The position numbers and the translations under genes were made by a program. 64,000 bases of DNA from Candidatus Latescibacterota bacterium (GTDB taxonomy: Bacteria > Latescibacterota > UBA2968 > UBA8231), in the NCBI GenBank assembly GCA_965242865.1, contig CBDETK010000013.1:1792001-1856000 (forward strand), written 5' to 3'. The notes under the pieces were generated by a model. It ran no database searches, was not told the origin of the DNA, and worked only from the letters and a program-made list of their open reading frames with translations. Positions 38,623-51,945 of this stretch are shown piece after piece (within the stretch, counting starts at the first letter, position 1; the number at the start of each line of letters is the position of its first letter).

Positions 38623-39738
38623 ATGAATAGCTATAAAAGATATAATGCGCTAAGTCTTTTCTCTGGGGCCGGCGGAATGGATATAGGTGTACAGGATGAG
38701 GGATTCAACATTCTGGCACAGGTAGAAATAGATGAACACTGCTGCAACACACTACGTGCGGCAAGAGAACGCGAAAAAAGGGAGACCAAAATTGTTGAGT
38801 CAGATATTAGAGCGATTGATCCAGCTAAACTTCGCCAAGACCTACATTTAGAGAAAGGCGAACTCGACCTTCTTTTTGGCGGCCCTCCGTGTCAATCTTT
38901 CTCCTTAGCAGGAAAGCAACTTGGCTTAAAGGACGAGAGAGGCATGTTACTATTCGAGATTATCCGGTTTTGCGAAGAGTTAAAACCAAAGGTGATTTTA
39001 GTAGAGCAAGTAAAAGGGCTTCTTTCATCAAAAGGCTCCAAGCAGCGCAAAGGCGAAATTTTCGAAAAATTTTTAATCGCCTTAGAAAACGCTGGTTACT
39101 CTTCCAAATGGAGGGTTATCACAGCCGCAGATTACGGTGTACCTCAACTGCGAGAGCGATTATTCGTGATAGCCACCCTAGGAAAAAACGGCTTTTCCTT
39201 CCCAGAGCGAATATATGCTCCGCTAAAAGAATGCAATGGATTGTTTTCGTATAAACCTCATATCAGCATTGGTTCCGCGATTGAAAATTTAGGAATACCT
39301 TCGCCGAAAATTAGGGGAACGACCTTTTATAACCGCGAGGACAGTCACGTCGATGTGACGCCAGCTAGGGACCGAGAACGCATCGCACAGGTTCCCGAGG
39401 GATCATATCTGGCCGCTCAACCTCATTTGGGCCAAGAACTACTTAGAGGTCTTAAACCAAAAGATACCACAAAGTATTTAAGGCTACACAGAGATCGGCC
39501 CGCTAATACGTTGCGCTGTGGAGAGATTTTCTATCATCCCGTCGAAGATAGGTATCTCACTCCGCGGGAATACATGAGAATTCACGGCTATCCCGATTCG
39601 TATATACTAAAAGGACCCATACGCAGCAGAACGGGCACCGTGAAAAACTTAGACCAGCATCGGCAGGTTGCAAATTCAGTTCCACCCCCTCTCGCAAAGG
39701 CCCTAGCGAGCAAAATTTTCGAGTACCTAAATGAGTAA
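38623..39738 (+). CDS. dcm: DNA (cytosine-5) methyltransferase
   Basis: SLFSGAGG, GGPPCQSFS, EQV (ENV variant), YGVPQLRER, YLTPRE..RI.G.PD, QVANSVPP. Confidence 0.93.
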   Translation: MNSYKRYNALSLFSGAGGMDIGVQDEGFNILAQVEIDEHCCNTLRAAREREKRETKIVESDIRAIDPAKLRQDLHLEKGELDLLFGGPPCQSFSLAGKQLGLKDERGMLLFEIIRFCEELKPKVILVEQVKGLLSSKGSKQRKGEIFEKFLIALENAGYSSKWRVITAADYGVPQLRERLFVIATLGKNGFSFPERIYAPLKECNGLFSYKPHISIGSAIENLGIPSPKIRGTTFYNREDSHVDVTPARDRERIAQVPEGSYLAAQPHLGQELLRGLKPKDTTKYLRLHRDRPANTLRCGEIFYHPVEDRYLTPREYMRIHGYPDSYILKGPIRSRTGTVKNLDQHRQVANSVPPPLAKALASKIFEYLNE

Positions 39739-40831
39739 AATTTTTGAACTATTTGGCCATCCACTAACTTCAAGTCATTCTGACGCGATTGATTGTCGTG
39801 CGAGGGCTTGGTGTCCATTCATGGACAGTGAATGCGATGGAGGCGGCAATAGGCACCTCTCCGTTTTGCAGTTGCCGGACCATCCACAATTGGCTCAGCA
39901 GTTCCTTGGCAAAGAGACCGTTCAGGTAGGAGTCTGTTCACTCTTGGTGAGCGGGAAGCCTTGGATTGTTTGCCCTAGACGCTTATTCGCCTTGCGAGAT
40001 TCCAACCGTTCTCAGCTTCAGGCAAAAGTTCGAGAGAACCTAATCCAATACAGCGAATTGGATAGAGCAACCGAATATCGAGCATGGTCTGAGGTAAAGA
40101 TAAAATTCTCAAGAGAAGAAAAAGAAAAATCATTCGACTATACCTTCGACTATGTTTTGTCGGGAAGACGCAGAAAGTCACTTAGTGAAATATCAAAATT
40201 AGTCCAAAAGAACGAGCGAGAATGTGAGAAGATTGCAATCCAAAATAATTTCACGCTGGAAAGGCATGCTGGAGAGCACTGGGTAGTCGATTTTCCTGCT
40301 GACCCAGTCGTAATCGTCGAGGTTATGACTTCATCTACCTCTGGAGGAAACAAAAAGAATAGGACGCGGATAGGAATGGCTTTTGAGGATGCAATTCTGA
40401 AAGGGGACGACCACGAAGGCCCTGGTATCAACTACAGACAAGTGTGGGCGCGAATGGCCAGTCAACTTATTGTAAAATCACAGGTTGGTTTGGCTTGGGG
40501 AGGGAAAACTATTTGGATTGTACAGGATGCTTTAGCGGACTATATTTCTTCTTCGACCGGACTCGATCTCCAACGATTTATCAGTAACACTCCAGATGAG
40601 GTGAACATATTGTCCTTTGGATATGGAAACGATCCCGAGCCGGAAGAGGACTCCGGAATCGTCCCTCTATGTAAATCCCAGCTATATGCAGGACCAGTAT
40701 CTTCAACCAAAGACTCCGATAAGGGTGGTGGATTTACGGATATCATCACCATCGGCGTACCACCGCCGAAAGATCACTTATGGAGATCGCTTTTCCGCAA
40801 GTCTCCGTGTGGTAGCCTTAATAGGACGTAG
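39731..40831 (+). CDS. Type II restriction endonuclease, NotI-like family
   Basis: ELFG, four-Cys pattern CPF...EC...GVCS...IVCPRR, FDYVL, IVEVMT.STSGG, INYRQVW.R...QL..K; overlaps the dcm stop. Confidence 0.75.
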   Translation: MSKIFELFGHPLTSSHSDAIDCRARAWCPFMDSECDGGGNRHLSVLQLPDHPQLAQQFLGKETVQVGVCSLLVSGKPWIVCPRRLFALRDSNRSQLQAKVRENLIQYSELDRATEYRAWSEVKIKFSREEKEKSFDYTFDYVLSGRRRKSLSEISKLVQKNERECEKIAIQNNFTLERHAGEHWVVDFPADPVVIVEVMTSSTSGGNKKNRTRIGMAFEDAILKGDDHEGPGINYRQVWARMASQLIVKSQVGLAWGGKTIWIVQDALADYISSSTGLDLQRFISNTPDEVNILSFGYGNDPEPEEDSGIVPLCKSQLYAGPVSSTKDSDKGGGFTDIITIGVPPPKDHLWRSLFRKSPCGSLNRT

Positions 40832-41038
40832 TCGCCTCATGTCCGCTGTGCGGCATTGATATTATGGATCTCAGAAAGGTGGGGCGTCGTCACCAAGGAA
40901 CCCCATCGTTTTGGCCCCCAGTACGATCACGAGTTCGTGTCCACAGGTGCCCCTTCTCATTCGTCTTCGAGAACTTAGGTCCCTGCTCAGGCAGGGGCAA
41001 ACAGCGCTACCGAAGGGCGGCCAGCCGATATTGATGTT

Positions 41039-41121
41039 CGAGCAGAGATTCTTGACCGGGTGCAGGCGATTCGATACTTTGGCAACCGTAAGAACCTCGG
41101 CATCACGCAGTGCTTCATTGA
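41039..41121 (+). repeat. 83-bp direct repeat, copy 2
   Basis: cgagcagagattcttgaccgggtgcaggcgattcgatactttggcaaccgtaagaacctcggcatcacgcagtgcttcattga. Confidence 0.92.
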
Positions 41122-41421
41122 GGTAGCCTAAACATTCACCACACAATTTTTGTCGATGAATCGCGAACCGCAGATTTTCAGACAACAAGCGGCATCCTGA
41201 GAATTCTTGAAAATGAGGGGAATTTCGACGATATGCTCGCTTTCTTTGCTGAGAGAATGCTTCCGCTCGACGATATTCAGGCGCAGGCACTTGCAGAAGA
41301 AGTGATAGCAAATCCTCCTGGAATCGGATATCTGACCATCTCTAATGCACTTCAATGGCGACTTCAATACAGCCGCGTGATTCAGCAAGCGGGAGTAGTT
41401 ATCGGAATCGAAACATTATGA
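41122..41421 (+). pseudogene. C-terminal remnant of a restriction endonuclease
   Basis: The open frame LNIHHTIFVDESRTADFQTTSGILRILENEGN...GYLTISNALQWRLQYSRVI starts right after repeat copy 2, lacks an N-terminus, and is ATGA-coupled to the MTase. Family recalled from memory. Confidence 0.7.
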
Positions 41422-42950
41422 ATAAAAGAAAAGAATTTGGCGACTTTCAGACTCCTAGAAAATTGGCAAATAAGGTGACAGCCCTAGTCGCCGATGTTTA
41501 CGGGAATCCCGACTTAGTCGTTGAACCAACGGCCGGAATAGGATCATTCCTCAATGCGTCAGAAGCTCAGTGGGGCAAGGAATGTCAATATGAGGGTTAT
41601 GAAATTAATCGAGACTATGTAATCCAAACATCTGAGATATTAAAAAAATGTGGAATTAAACTTTTCCAGCGAGATTTTTTTACCCTAGACTGGAAGCAAG
41701 TACTCAACCGAACAGCATCGGGCAAAGTACTAGTGGTTGGCAATCCTCCTTGGGTTACAAACTCTGAACTTGGACTTTTAGGTAGTCACAATCGACCCAA
41801 GAAGACCAATTTTCAGCGATTGCGCGGACTCGACGCCCGCACCGGAAAGTCCAATTTTGACATTGCCGAGTGGATGCTCATTAAATTGATTGAAGCAATA
41901 CCAACTAATGGTGCCGTCGCTATGTTGTGCAAGACAATGACAGCTCGCAAGGTCTTGCGACATTTCTGGAAAACAGATAGTGGACGGAAAGGGGCTTGCC
42001 TCTTTCGGATAGATGCCAAGGCATCTTTTGCGGTTGCCGTTGATGCCTGTCTTTTGTTTATCACTGGCGTACGCGCAAACGAGCGAGTAGCAACAATCTA
42101 TGCTGGTCTAGATCTAAAATCTCCTACAAAACAGTTTGGCTTTATTGACGGACATTTGGTTTCCGACATTAGAACATATAGGAAATTCAGAGAATTTGGC
42201 AGCGGATCACTTGCTTATACTTGGAGGTCTGGCATCAAACACGATGCAGCCAAGGTAATGGAGTTTACTCGTGAGGGTGCATTGTACCGGAATGGATTGG
42301 GCGAGACGGTCGAATTGGAAGACCGCTATCTTTATCCATTACTGAAATCGTCTGATCTTGGGAATGGTCGCATTATGCCGCGCAAATCTGTTTTAGTCAC
42401 GCAGGAGCGCATGAGCGATGACACCTTAACCATCGCCGACGAAGCTCCTAAGACGTGGCAGTATCTGATAGATCACGCAGCTACTCTCGACAGTCGAAAA
42501 AGTTCGATTTATAAAAATCGCCCTCGCTTTTCCATATTTGGTATAGGCAGGTACTCCTTCGCGCCATGGAAAGTCGCTATTTCTGGCTTATACAAGTCTT
42601 TCTCGTTTGTAGTTGTTCCACCATTGGCCGATCGCCCGATTATTGTGGATGATACTTGTTACTCGCTTCCATGCAATACTGAGGCCGAAGCGCGTTTGCT
42701 TGGCGACTTACTCTCATCCGAGTCTGCACTTGCATTTCTTCGGTCTTTAGTGTTCGCGGATTCTAAACGCCCGATCACTATTGATGTGTTGCGACGTATC
42801 TCACTCGTCTCTATAGCACAACAACTCGGCAGGCTAGAAGAGCTGGAACAATTCATCCATTCGGAAGAACCAAATTTCGAGATAGGACGACAAACTACCT
42901 TAGCCATGGAACCAAGATCAAGCTACCCAGTATGTTCCTATATTGAATGA
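41418..42950 (+). CDS. Gamma-class N6-adenine DNA methyltransferase (now orphan)
   Basis: EFGDFQTP, VEPTAGIGSFL, VVGNPPW and a C-terminal TaqI-like target-recognition region. Confidence 0.9.
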   Translation: MNKRKEFGDFQTPRKLANKVTALVADVYGNPDLVVEPTAGIGSFLNASEAQWGKECQYEGYEINRDYVIQTSEILKKCGIKLFQRDFFTLDWKQVLNRTASGKVLVVGNPPWVTNSELGLLGSHNRPKKTNFQRLRGLDARTGKSNFDIAEWMLIKLIEAIPTNGAVAMLCKTMTARKVLRHFWKTDSGRKGACLFRIDAKASFAVAVDACLLFITGVRANERVATIYAGLDLKSPTKQFGFIDGHLVSDIRTYRKFREFGSGSLAYTWRSGIKHDAAKVMEFTREGALYRNGLGETVELEDRYLYPLLKSSDLGNGRIMPRKSVLVTQERMSDDTLTIADEAPKTWQYLIDHAATLDSRKSSIYKNRPRFSIFGIGRYSFAPWKVAISGLYKSFSFVVVPPLADRPIIVDDTCYSLPCNTEAEARLLGDLLSSESALAFLRSLVFADSKRPITIDVLRRISLVSIAQQLGRLEELEQFIHSEEPNFEIGRQTTLAMEPRSSYPVCSYIE

Positions 42951-42983
42951 GAAAGCATTTAGACTAGCCACCTGAACGCCGCC

Positions 42984-43991
42984 ATGTTCGACTTCATCTA
43001 CGCGGAAAATTCCATCCGCGACCACCCGCGCACCCACGCCCTACTCAAGCGCTTCCCCCGCGCTCAGCTAGTCCCCTGCGCCCGCTACGGCGAGGTTTTC
43101 AATCGCGCGGCGCAAAACTTCCGCCTGCAAAAGCACCGCCCCGCGCTCATCCTCGCCCACAAGGCCGGCCGGCGCGTCCTCCCGGCTCCCGACGGCTACG
43201 GCATTGGCGGCGAGCGCAATTACTATTTTTCGCACCTGCTCAACTGCCCTTACGACTGCCGCTACTGCTTCCTCCAGGGCCTGTACCGCTCGGCGCATCT
43301 AGTCCTCTTTGTCAATTACGAAGACTTCCAACAGGACCTCGCCGCGCACATCGCCGCAGACGCACCCGATAAGCCCTATTTCTTTTCGGGCTACGACTGC
43401 GACAGCCTCGCGCTAGAGGGCATTACCCACTTTACAGCCGACTTCCTTCCCTTCTTTGCCGACCATCCGCAGGCGTACTTTGAGCTGCGCACCAAGAGCG
43501 TCCGCATCAAGACCCTGCTCGCCACCCCAGCCCTGCCCAACTGCGTCGTCGCCTTCAGCATGACCCCACCGGCCCTAGCCGCCCAATTCGAGGTCGGCGC
43601 ACCGGCCGTGGCCCGGCGTTTGCAAGCGATCGCCGCCCTGCAAGAGCGCGGCTGGCCCATCGGGCTGCGCTTCGATCCCCTGATCTACGACCGCGCCTAC
43701 GAGGAGCGCTACCGCGACCTATTCGCCCTGGTGTTTTCCCAAATCCGTTGCGATGGCCTGCACTCGGTCAGTTTGGGCCAGTTCCGCCTGCCGCAGGGCA
43801 TGTACAAAACCATGCACAAGCTCTACCCGGACGAAAAGCTCCTCGCGTACGGCTTGGAGGAAAAAGACGGCATGGTCTCCTATCGGCCCGCCTTGGCCCA
43901 AAGGCTCCACGACTTTTGCGCGGATCAATTGCTCCAGTACATTCCCGCCGCGCTCTTCTTTCCCTGCCCCTCCACCACCTTGCAGGTCTGA
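42984..43991 (+). CDS. Spore photoproduct lyase-like radical SAM protein
   Basis: NCPYDCRYCFLQG (CxxxCxxC), DSLALE, ELRTKS, FS.TP, RL.A...L...G..IGL.FDP. Confidence 0.85.
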   Translation: MFDFIYAENSIRDHPRTHALLKRFPRAQLVPCARYGEVFNRAAQNFRLQKHRPALILAHKAGRRVLPAPDGYGIGGERNYYFSHLLNCPYDCRYCFLQGLYRSAHLVLFVNYEDFQQDLAAHIAADAPDKPYFFSGYDCDSLALEGITHFTADFLPFFADHPQAYFELRTKSVRIKTLLATPALPNCVVAFSMTPPALAAQFEVGAPAVARRLQAIAALQERGWPIGLRFDPLIYDRAYEERYRDLFALVFSQIRCDGLHSVSLGQFRLPQGMYKTMHKLYPDEKLLAYGLEEKDGMVSYRPALAQRLHDFCADQLLQYIPAALFFPCPSTTLQV

Positions 43992-43998
43992 GTCTGAT

Positions 43999-44709
43999 AT
44001 GCGCGTCTTAGTCACCGGGGCCAGTTCCGGCATTGGCCGCGCCGTCTGCGAAAGGTTGCTCGCCAGCGGCCATCATGCCATCGGCATCGCCCGCAACTTG
44101 GGCAAATTCCCCTGCGACCACGCTCGCTATCAGGCGCACGCCATGGACCTAGCCGCGCTCGACGAACTGCCCGAGCGTCTAAAAGCACTCTTGGCAGTGC
44201 ATCCCCAGCTCGACGCCTTAGTTCTCAACGCCGGCGTGGGCCGCTTCGGCTCATTAGAGCAATTTTCCTACCACCAAATCCGCGCCCTGATCGATCTCAA
44301 CTTCACCAGTCAAGTCTTTGTCGCCCGCGCCTTCCTGCCCGCCCTCAAAAAAGCCGGGCGCGGGCACTTGGTCTTTACCGGATCGGAAGCCGCGCTCGCC
44401 GGCACGGCCCAAGGCAGCTTGTACTGCGCGGCCAAATTCGCCCTGCGCGGGTTTGCCCAAGCCCTGCGCGCCGAGTGTGCCCGCGCCGGCATCCGCGTCA
44501 CCTTGGTCAACCCCGGCATGGTCCAGTCCCCCTTTTTCGACGAACTGGACTTCCGGCCCGGCCCGGCCCCTGACCACTACATCCTGCCGGAAGATGTCGC
44601 CGCGGTCATCGTCCAAGCCCTGACAGCGCGCCAAGGCACGGTACTCGACGAGATCAACCTCTCGCCGCAAAAAAAAGTGATCGAGTTTGGCGCTCAGAAG
44701 AAAAAGTAA
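43999..44709 (+). CDS. SDR family oxidoreductase
   Basis: TGASSGIG, LNAG, YCAAK, VNPG. Confidence 0.9.
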   Translation: MRVLVTGASSGIGRAVCERLLASGHHAIGIARNLGKFPCDHARYQAHAMDLAALDELPERLKALLAVHPQLDALVLNAGVGRFGSLEQFSYHQIRALIDLNFTSQVFVARAFLPALKKAGRGHLVFTGSEAALAGTAQGSLYCAAKFALRGFAQALRAECARAGIRVTLVNPGMVQSPFFDELDFRPGPAPDHYILPEDVAAVIVQALTARQGTVLDEINLSPQKKVIEFGAQKKK

Positions 44710-44764
44710 CCGCCGCTGGCGGCTTGGGGTTTAATCTGTACCCATCGCAAGGAAGCCAACGGCT

Positions 44765-45664
44765 ATGTCCCAACGCACCCTCCTCGTCCTGCTCATCGCC
44801 ACCTGCGCCCTTTCGTCTGGTTGCGTCTCCGTGCGCCGCGGGCTGGGCTCCGCCCTGATCTCCGACAAAACCGAAATCGAACTCGGCACTAAGGTAGCGG
44901 CCCAAATCGAGCAAAACAAGCGCGTCCACGCCTCCGCTCAACTCCAATCGTACGTCCAGGGCGTCACCGCCACCTTGATTGAAGCATCCCGAGACCATGG
45001 CCCCGACGCCCAGCGCAGCCTCGTCCATGGACGCACCGATGGCCCCGAAGGCAGCGAATACGCCCAGCGCGTCGCCGACTCGACCCCACGCGCATTGCGC
45101 GCCCGCCCGGGCATCCGCTACCGGGTGCAGGTCTTAGACGACCCCAAGCAGGTCAATGCGTTTGCCGTCCCCGGCGGCTACTTATACGTGTACAGCGGTC
45201 TGCTAACAGTCTTGGAAGATGAAGCCGAGTTGGCCGGCGTCTTAGCCCACGAGATCGGCCACATCGTCGGCCGCCACTCGGCCAACCAACTCGCCGCTCG
45301 CTGGGGTATGGACCTCCTCACCCGACTCGCTCTCGGGGAAGATCCGCACCAGATCGGCCAGATTGCCACCCAACTCAGCAGTGCCCGCTTCAGCCGCGAC
45401 GACGAGCGCGAAGCCGATACCTTTGGCGTCCGCTGCGCCATTGCCGCTGGCTACGACCCGCGCGGCCTGCTGCGCTTTTTTGAAAGGCTAAAAAAGCTAC
45501 AAGCGCGCCGGCACTCCGACCTAGAAAAGCTCTTCGCCAGCCATCCTCCCACCAGCGAGCGAATCCGCCGCATTGAGCGGCTGATCGATCAGTACGGCCC
45601 CCCCGAGGGGCAGCGCTATCGCACGCGGTTTGTGCGGGAGACCGCCGTTGTGCGGCGCGAGTAG
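44765..45664 (+). CDS. M48 family zinc metalloprotease lipoprotein
   Basis: Lipobox SSGC, VNAFAVPGG, AHEIGH, FSR..E.EAD, SHPP...RI. Confidence 0.9.
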   Translation: MSQRTLLVLLIATCALSSGCVSVRRGLGSALISDKTEIELGTKVAAQIEQNKRVHASAQLQSYVQGVTATLIEASRDHGPDAQRSLVHGRTDGPEGSEYAQRVADSTPRALRARPGIRYRVQVLDDPKQVNAFAVPGGYLYVYSGLLTVLEDEAELAGVLAHEIGHIVGRHSANQLAARWGMDLLTRLALGEDPHQIGQIATQLSSARFSRDDEREADTFGVRCAIAAGYDPRGLLRFFERLKKLQARRHSDLEKLFASHPPTSERIRRIERLIDQYGPPEGQRYRTRFVRETAVVRRE

Positions 45665-45739
45665 TGCCCCATTGTTCCGGTCCAATGCAACCCCTACCTT
45701 CTTAGTAGTAGCTCGTTCACGCCTCTGAGGAAATCCATA

Positions 45740-46750
45740 ATGCTCCCTGTCTTGCTCCTGCTCCTGACCGTGCTGGCCGGCACCCTCTCAGCCCAAGAGC
45801 GGCCGGCGACGCCGGTCATCGTCGCCGAAGTTCTCGAACAACCGCTCGTCGAAGACCTCTCCTTTGTCGGGCGCGTCCAGCCCCGGCGCTCCAGCCGCGT
45901 CGCCGCGGAGACCGAGGGGCAAGTGGTTGAGCGTTTTAAGGACGCCGGCCAAGCCGTGCATACCGGCGACCCCCTCTTTGCGCTGGCCAACGATCCGCTC
46001 CACGCCGCGTTGGCCGAAGCGCAGGCCGATTTCGCGTTGCGGCAGTTCAACCACGACCGCAGCCGCCAGTTGCGGCCCACCGACGGGGTCTCCGAGCAGG
46101 ACCTGCGCTACCACGCCTACGAACTGGCCCGCGCCCAAGCCAAGCTAACCGGGCTTCAAGCCCAAGTAGAAAACCTCCTCGTCCGCGCCCCGTTCTCCGG
46201 GCACATCACCCGCACCTTTACCGAGGTGGGCCAGTGGGTCGGGCGCGGCGGCGAAATCGCGCAGGTAATCTCCATCGACACGGTCCGCGTGCTCGTCGAG
46301 GTGCCCGAGCGCCACGTGCCGCAACTCGCCTTGGGCGCGGGCGTCGCCATCGCGGTCGATGCCCTCGGCAGCGACCCCATCGCCGGCCGGGTGACCGCCA
46401 TCCTCGCCGAGGGCTATGCCTCCTCGCGCACCTTCCCGGTCGTCGTTGAGGCCGCCAACCCCGCCGGCCGGATGCGCAGCAACATGTCCGCCCGGGTGCG
46501 CTTCCAGCTCGCGCAGGCCCAAGCATCGCTCCTAGTGCATAAGGACGCCCTAGTCTCCAGTCCGCAAGGGCCGGTCGTGTACCTCGCCCGCGACGGTCAG
46601 GCCATCCAGCATGCGGTCGCAACCGGGCTAGCGCACAAGGGGTACGTGGCCGTTACGGGCGAACTCGCGCCCGGCGATCTAGCGGTGGTGCGCGGCAATG
46701 AGCGGCTGACAGACGGCCAAGCCGTGCGCATCATCCGCCGGCAGCCATAG
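45740..46750 (+). CDS. RND efflux periplasmic adaptor subunit
   Basis: Signal peptide, lipoyl halves V.AETEG.V and VRAPFSG, SRTFPV, L.PGD..V.RG. Confidence 0.9.
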   Translation: MLPVLLLLLTVLAGTLSAQERPATPVIVAEVLEQPLVEDLSFVGRVQPRRSSRVAAETEGQVVERFKDAGQAVHTGDPLFALANDPLHAALAEAQADFALRQFNHDRSRQLRPTDGVSEQDLRYHAYELARAQAKLTGLQAQVENLLVRAPFSGHITRTFTEVGQWVGRGGEIAQVISIDTVRVLVEVPERHVPQLALGAGVAIAVDALGSDPIAGRVTAILAEGYASSRTFPVVVEAANPAGRMRSNMSARVRFQLAQAQASLLVHKDALVSSPQGPVVYLARDGQAIQHAVATGLAHKGYVAVTGELAPGDLAVVRGNERLTDGQAVRIIRRQP

Positions 46751-46760
46751 TTCGTTCGTC

Positions 46761-49901
<3,141 letters not shown>

Positions 49902-49911
49902 GAAGAGTTAG

Positions 49912-51832
49912 TTACCCGGAACCTGCATTTCTCAGCTATCGTTCCCCGGCGAGTTAGTGCTCGATCCATTTGGTGGCAGTGGTACTACCGCCTTAGAAGC
50001 CGTTCGCTTGGGGAGGAGGGCACTGAGCGTTGACGCTAATGCAGTGGGGACCCTGATCGGGCGCGTAAAAACTTGTAACTTGGACCGCAAAGCCGCGATA
50101 GAGCTTCACACTATTCGCAGTTCCCTGACCACTTACTGCTTCGACCTTCCCGCTGCCAAATCCCTGTGTGCTGCACATGCCGCATACATCCCCAACATCC
50201 CCAACATCGATAAGTGGTTCCCGATCACTGCGCGGGGCGAACTGGCTTTAATCAGATCGCGCATTGCGAGGATTGCACGCGAGCAGGCCCGCGATGTGGC
50301 CTTGCTCGCCCTTTCGCGTATTGTTCTAGCGGCCTCGTTCCAAGACTCTGAGACCCGCTATACGAGCAAGCCGCGTGACATACCGCAAGGCGAGGTCTTA
50401 AGTATGCCGTGCTCATTGTAGGTGACGCGATCTACAAGAAAGTCCTTTATCCGGCGGCAGAGGCACTGAGCGACTCCGCAGAAAAAATTGGCTTTGAAAG
50501 CGTTTGTATCGCAGAGCGAGCAATCCATTCGTCAAAGCGTTCCTTTGCGGCGGCTGGAAGAAGAGCCACTACCGAGAAACTTCTCGTCATCCGCAAGCCC
50601 CCCAAGAAGGTATCCTTATGGTTGGCGTCGCCCCCGTACAAGTTGTGGCCCTACGAAGACGCGTTGAGAAAACGCGAAATTGAGTCCGTAGTGGGCGTTC
50701 CAACGACCCGTGGCCCCAGCTTAGAGTTGGACCCTTATTCTGCGACGAAGACGCGCCAACTCGTATTTACTCACGGAGTCGGACGGACGGCGTTTGACAG
50801 CGAGCCTACGTGGCAAGCTATCCTCGAAAACGGCTTCGCACGACAATTTTCAGCCCGCAAAGACCCCAAGTACGTCACGCATGGCCTACACCCCTACAAG
50901 GGGAAGTTCTACCCACAACTCGCCAAGGGGTTGATGAATGTTTGTGCCCTCCGGGCGGGTGCCAGCGTATTTGACCCATTCTGCGGGAGTCGTACGGGAT
51001 TTTCTAGAAGTGGTTTTGAGCAGCATCATCCGCGAGGTTTCACAGCAAGCCCCAAACGACTTGAGGATCCGGCGGCGGAAGGAGCCGATCGCGGACGCCG
51101 ATGTGTTCAACATGTACCTTGAGGCCCTCGATTCTCAATACACGCGCATTGAGAAGTTCTGGGCCGTGCGCGGCTATTGTCCGCATCGGTTCCGTCCCAG
51201 CAAGGTCGTCGAAGGGGACGCCCGCACCCCAAAGACCGTTGAGGCCCTCGCCCTCACAGAAAACAGCGTGGATTCTGGTACTTACAAGTCCACCGTATGC
51301 TACGGCCCTTCCATACATTGATACGGATAGACTATCGCTCCTCATACTATTCGGAATGGATTCGTCGGCTCGGCGGCCCATTGAACAGGGCCTTATTGGC
51401 AGCCGTGAGATCGCGACTAAAGAGCGACGCCGATTGGAGCAGGCCATAACGGCCAGTGAGGGCGTCTTGCCCGCAACCACTCAGAACTATCTTCAGGATC
51501 TACACGCTCGGATCGCCCAAGCAGACGTTGGTTTCCGACGCAAGAATATGCCCGCTTTGTTGCAGCGGTTTTTTCAGGACATGGCATTGGTACTGAAGAA
51601 TTGCCGTCGAGTTCTCCGCCCGAGCGGTGAAGCTATGATCGTCATTGGCGACAACCGCATGCGCGTGGACGGTGCATACGAACGAATTCCCACGACGGAC
51701 TTTGTTCAGGACATTGCAATACACTGCGGAATGGAGCTAATCGAACGGATCGATATTTCCGTGACAACAGAAAACTTGGTTCACATAAAAAACGCGATTA
51801 CTGAAAATGTAGTATTGCGCCTAAAGGCTTAA
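49912..51832 (+). pseudogene. Degraded tandem double DNA methyltransferase
   Basis: Two motif-I blocks (LDPFGGSGTT, FDPFCGS), HGLHPYKGKFYPQ and LTSPPY. The 5' end is missing, with frame breaks near 50400, 50990 and 51275. Confidence 0.8.
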
Positions 51833-51945
51833 ACGCGCTCAGGCATAGCCAAGACAGCACGGTTCCCAACGAGTTATCAGGTTGGGCTATATAGTCAAGG
51901 TGCAAGATGTGCTCCTCGCACCGTTCCCCTCGCACGCCGCTAACG

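Noticed and set aside
38516-41121. 83-bp repeats as integron attC sites or IS ends
   Set aside because: They are direct repeats with no RYYYAAC/GTTRRRY palindromic structure, and no integrase or transposase is present.
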